Source: Candidatus Bathyarchaeota archaeon (GTDB taxonomy: Archaea > Thermoproteota > Bathyarchaeia > Bathyarchaeales > Bathycorpusculaceae). Taken from it: 64,000 nucleotides of DNA. Below, piece by piece: positions 62,680-64,000 of the stretch (position 1 is the stretch's first letter; every line of letters starts with the position of its first letter). The notes under the pieces were generated by a model. It worked only from the letters and a program-made list of their open reading frames with translations, made no database searches and was not told the origin of the DNA. The stretch spans positions 1,280,001 through 1,344,000 of the forward strand of contig CAVZJV010000014.1 in assembly GCA_963775685.1 (NCBI GenBank), read 5' to 3'. The translations under genes were made by a program, and so were the position numbers.

Positions 62680-64000
62680 TGCTTCCAAGCAATTTGCTTT
62701 CGATGCGGAAGAGGAAAGGCGAGATTTTTCTGCGCTACGCTAAACCATCTGGTAGTGACGTTGAGGCGGCTAACTTTTTGATTGAAAAGTATAAAACTCA
62801 TGTTGGGGAAAAAAAGAAGACGCTTAAAAGCTTGGTTACTGAGCTTGAAGATAAAGGCTATGAGTACCGTTTTGTCAGAGCTTTATCTTTGCTTCTTGAT
62901 CGAAAAAGTACCTTCATCTGTCACAGTAAAGTTGACCCAATAGATTTAAGAAAAAAAATATTTCATGTTGCTCAACAGTTTGGGTTGCCCACGTCTTCTG
63001 CGAAGCGGCAAAAAATAATTGAGACTGTTGCTTCTGAGCTGTTTCTTTCGGAGGAGGATGTTGAGGAGAATTTTTATTCTGATTTGGATGGCGAATTAGT
63101 CCTTGAAAAGTTTGCAGCTCCTTCCCCCTCCGAGTTGATAGGTGAATACAATTTGGGGTTGACTCAGACTCTGCTTTTTGAGGCCACAGAGCTAAATTTT
63201 ACCGCATCTGGTAACTGGCAAGATATCTTCCATGCGGTTAAGAAGTCTAGATTGATCTATGAAGTCAGCAACGAAAATGGTTTTTGGGTGAAAATAGACG
63301 GACCAGCTAGCTTGTTTAAGTTAACTCGACGATATGGAGTAGGGATAGCCAAACTTTTGCCCTTTATCGTGGCAAACTCAGATTGGATTATCACTGCGAA
63401 GGTTCTTTGGCGATTCTCAAACGAGATCTGTGACTTCAAAATTGAAAGCCAAAAACATGCACCACTACTAAAAAAAACGTGCTTGCAGGCGCTAACTTAT
63501 GATAGCTCCGTTGAAGCGAATTTCGCAGCCCAGTTCCAGACGTTGGCTTCGGATTGGGTGTTAAAGAGGGAACCAGAACCTGTAACTGCCGGAAAACAGA
63601 TAATAATCCCAGATTTCTCCCTTGAAAAAACCTGTTTCAAAATTTACTTGGAAATCGTTGGTTTCTGGACAGAAGAATACCTGCTAAGAAAGATAGAAAA
63701 GCTAAAGAAAGTAGATGCAACGATGCTCCTCTTAATCGATGAGGCTTTGGCATGCGAAAAGCTTTCTGCCTTGGAGAAACGTCCACAGCTTGATTTGATT
63801 TATTATCGAAACAAAATTCCTCTGGCGCCAATTCTGAGATATTTAGAAACAAAATTTGAACAAGTCAAATCTAGAGAGATTAAGGTTCTGGAGAGTTTAC
63901 CCATCAAATTTACTGAGCCTGTGGTTGGATTTGGAGAATTTGCGGCTAGAATAGGGGTCTCCAGAGAAGCTGCAAGAACCTTCTTGATTGCTAATCCTCC
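62679..64000 (+). CDS. bax1: Bax1 (DUF790) endonuclease partner of XPB; runs off window edge
   Basis: GTG overlaps the xpb stop. Reads MLPSNLL..., YNLGLTQTLLF, IDGPASLF..TRRYG, YDSSVE..FA, REPEP, IPDF and EIVGFWTEEYL. Confidence 0.9.
   Translation, partial: MLPSNLLSMRKRKGEIFLRYAKPSGSDVEAANFLIEKYKTHVGEKKKTLKSLVTELEDKGYEYRFVRALSLLLDRKSTFICHSKVDPIDLRKKIFHVAQQFGLPTSSAKRQKIIETVASELFLSEEDVEENFYSDLDGELVLEKFAAPSPSELIGEYNLGLTQTLLFEATELNFTASGNWQDIFHAVKKSRLIYEVSNENGFWVKIDGPASLFKLTRRYGVGIAKLLPFIVANSDWIITAKVLWRFSNEICDFKIESQKHAPLLKKTCLQALTYDSSVEANFAAQFQTLASDWVLKREPEPVTAGKQIIIPDFSLEKTCFKIYLEIVGFWTEEYLLRKIEKLKKVDATMLLLIDEALACEKLSALEKRPQLDLIYYRNKIPLAPILRYLETKFEQVKSREIKVLESLPIKFTEPVVGFGEFAARIGVSREAARTFLIANP

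Overview
Archaeal chromosomal window, most likely Bathyarchaeia (TACK); this is inferred from gene content and protein families, not from a database search. Housekeeping core: the dtdA-secE-spt5-uL11-uL1-uL10 cluster, the large uL22...uL30 / uL15-secY / DUF106-cmk ribosomal cluster, ftsZ, hypFCD+hypE, larA, argF, ilvC, an ATP-dependent DNA ligase, an acyl-CoA ligase and xpb-bax1. Accessory patches carry many gene relics: three copies of a secreted beta-propeller family, a probable Cas1 C-terminus, a monofunctional catalase N-terminus, a probable integrase C-terminus and tRNA-3'-like att scars. Many single-base indels lie in homopolymers and may be sequencing errors. Best candidate for an undescribed system (13.4-17.1 kb): a large TrmB regulator whose C-terminal domain is homologous to the adjacent signal-peptide protein, with one DNA motif upstream of all three genes of the module. 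Second candidate: a perfect 174-bp inverted repeat carrying the promoter and start of an AbrB-like gene, which brackets the 30-kb ribosomal/hyp block. I found no complete tRNA, rRNA or CRISPR array.
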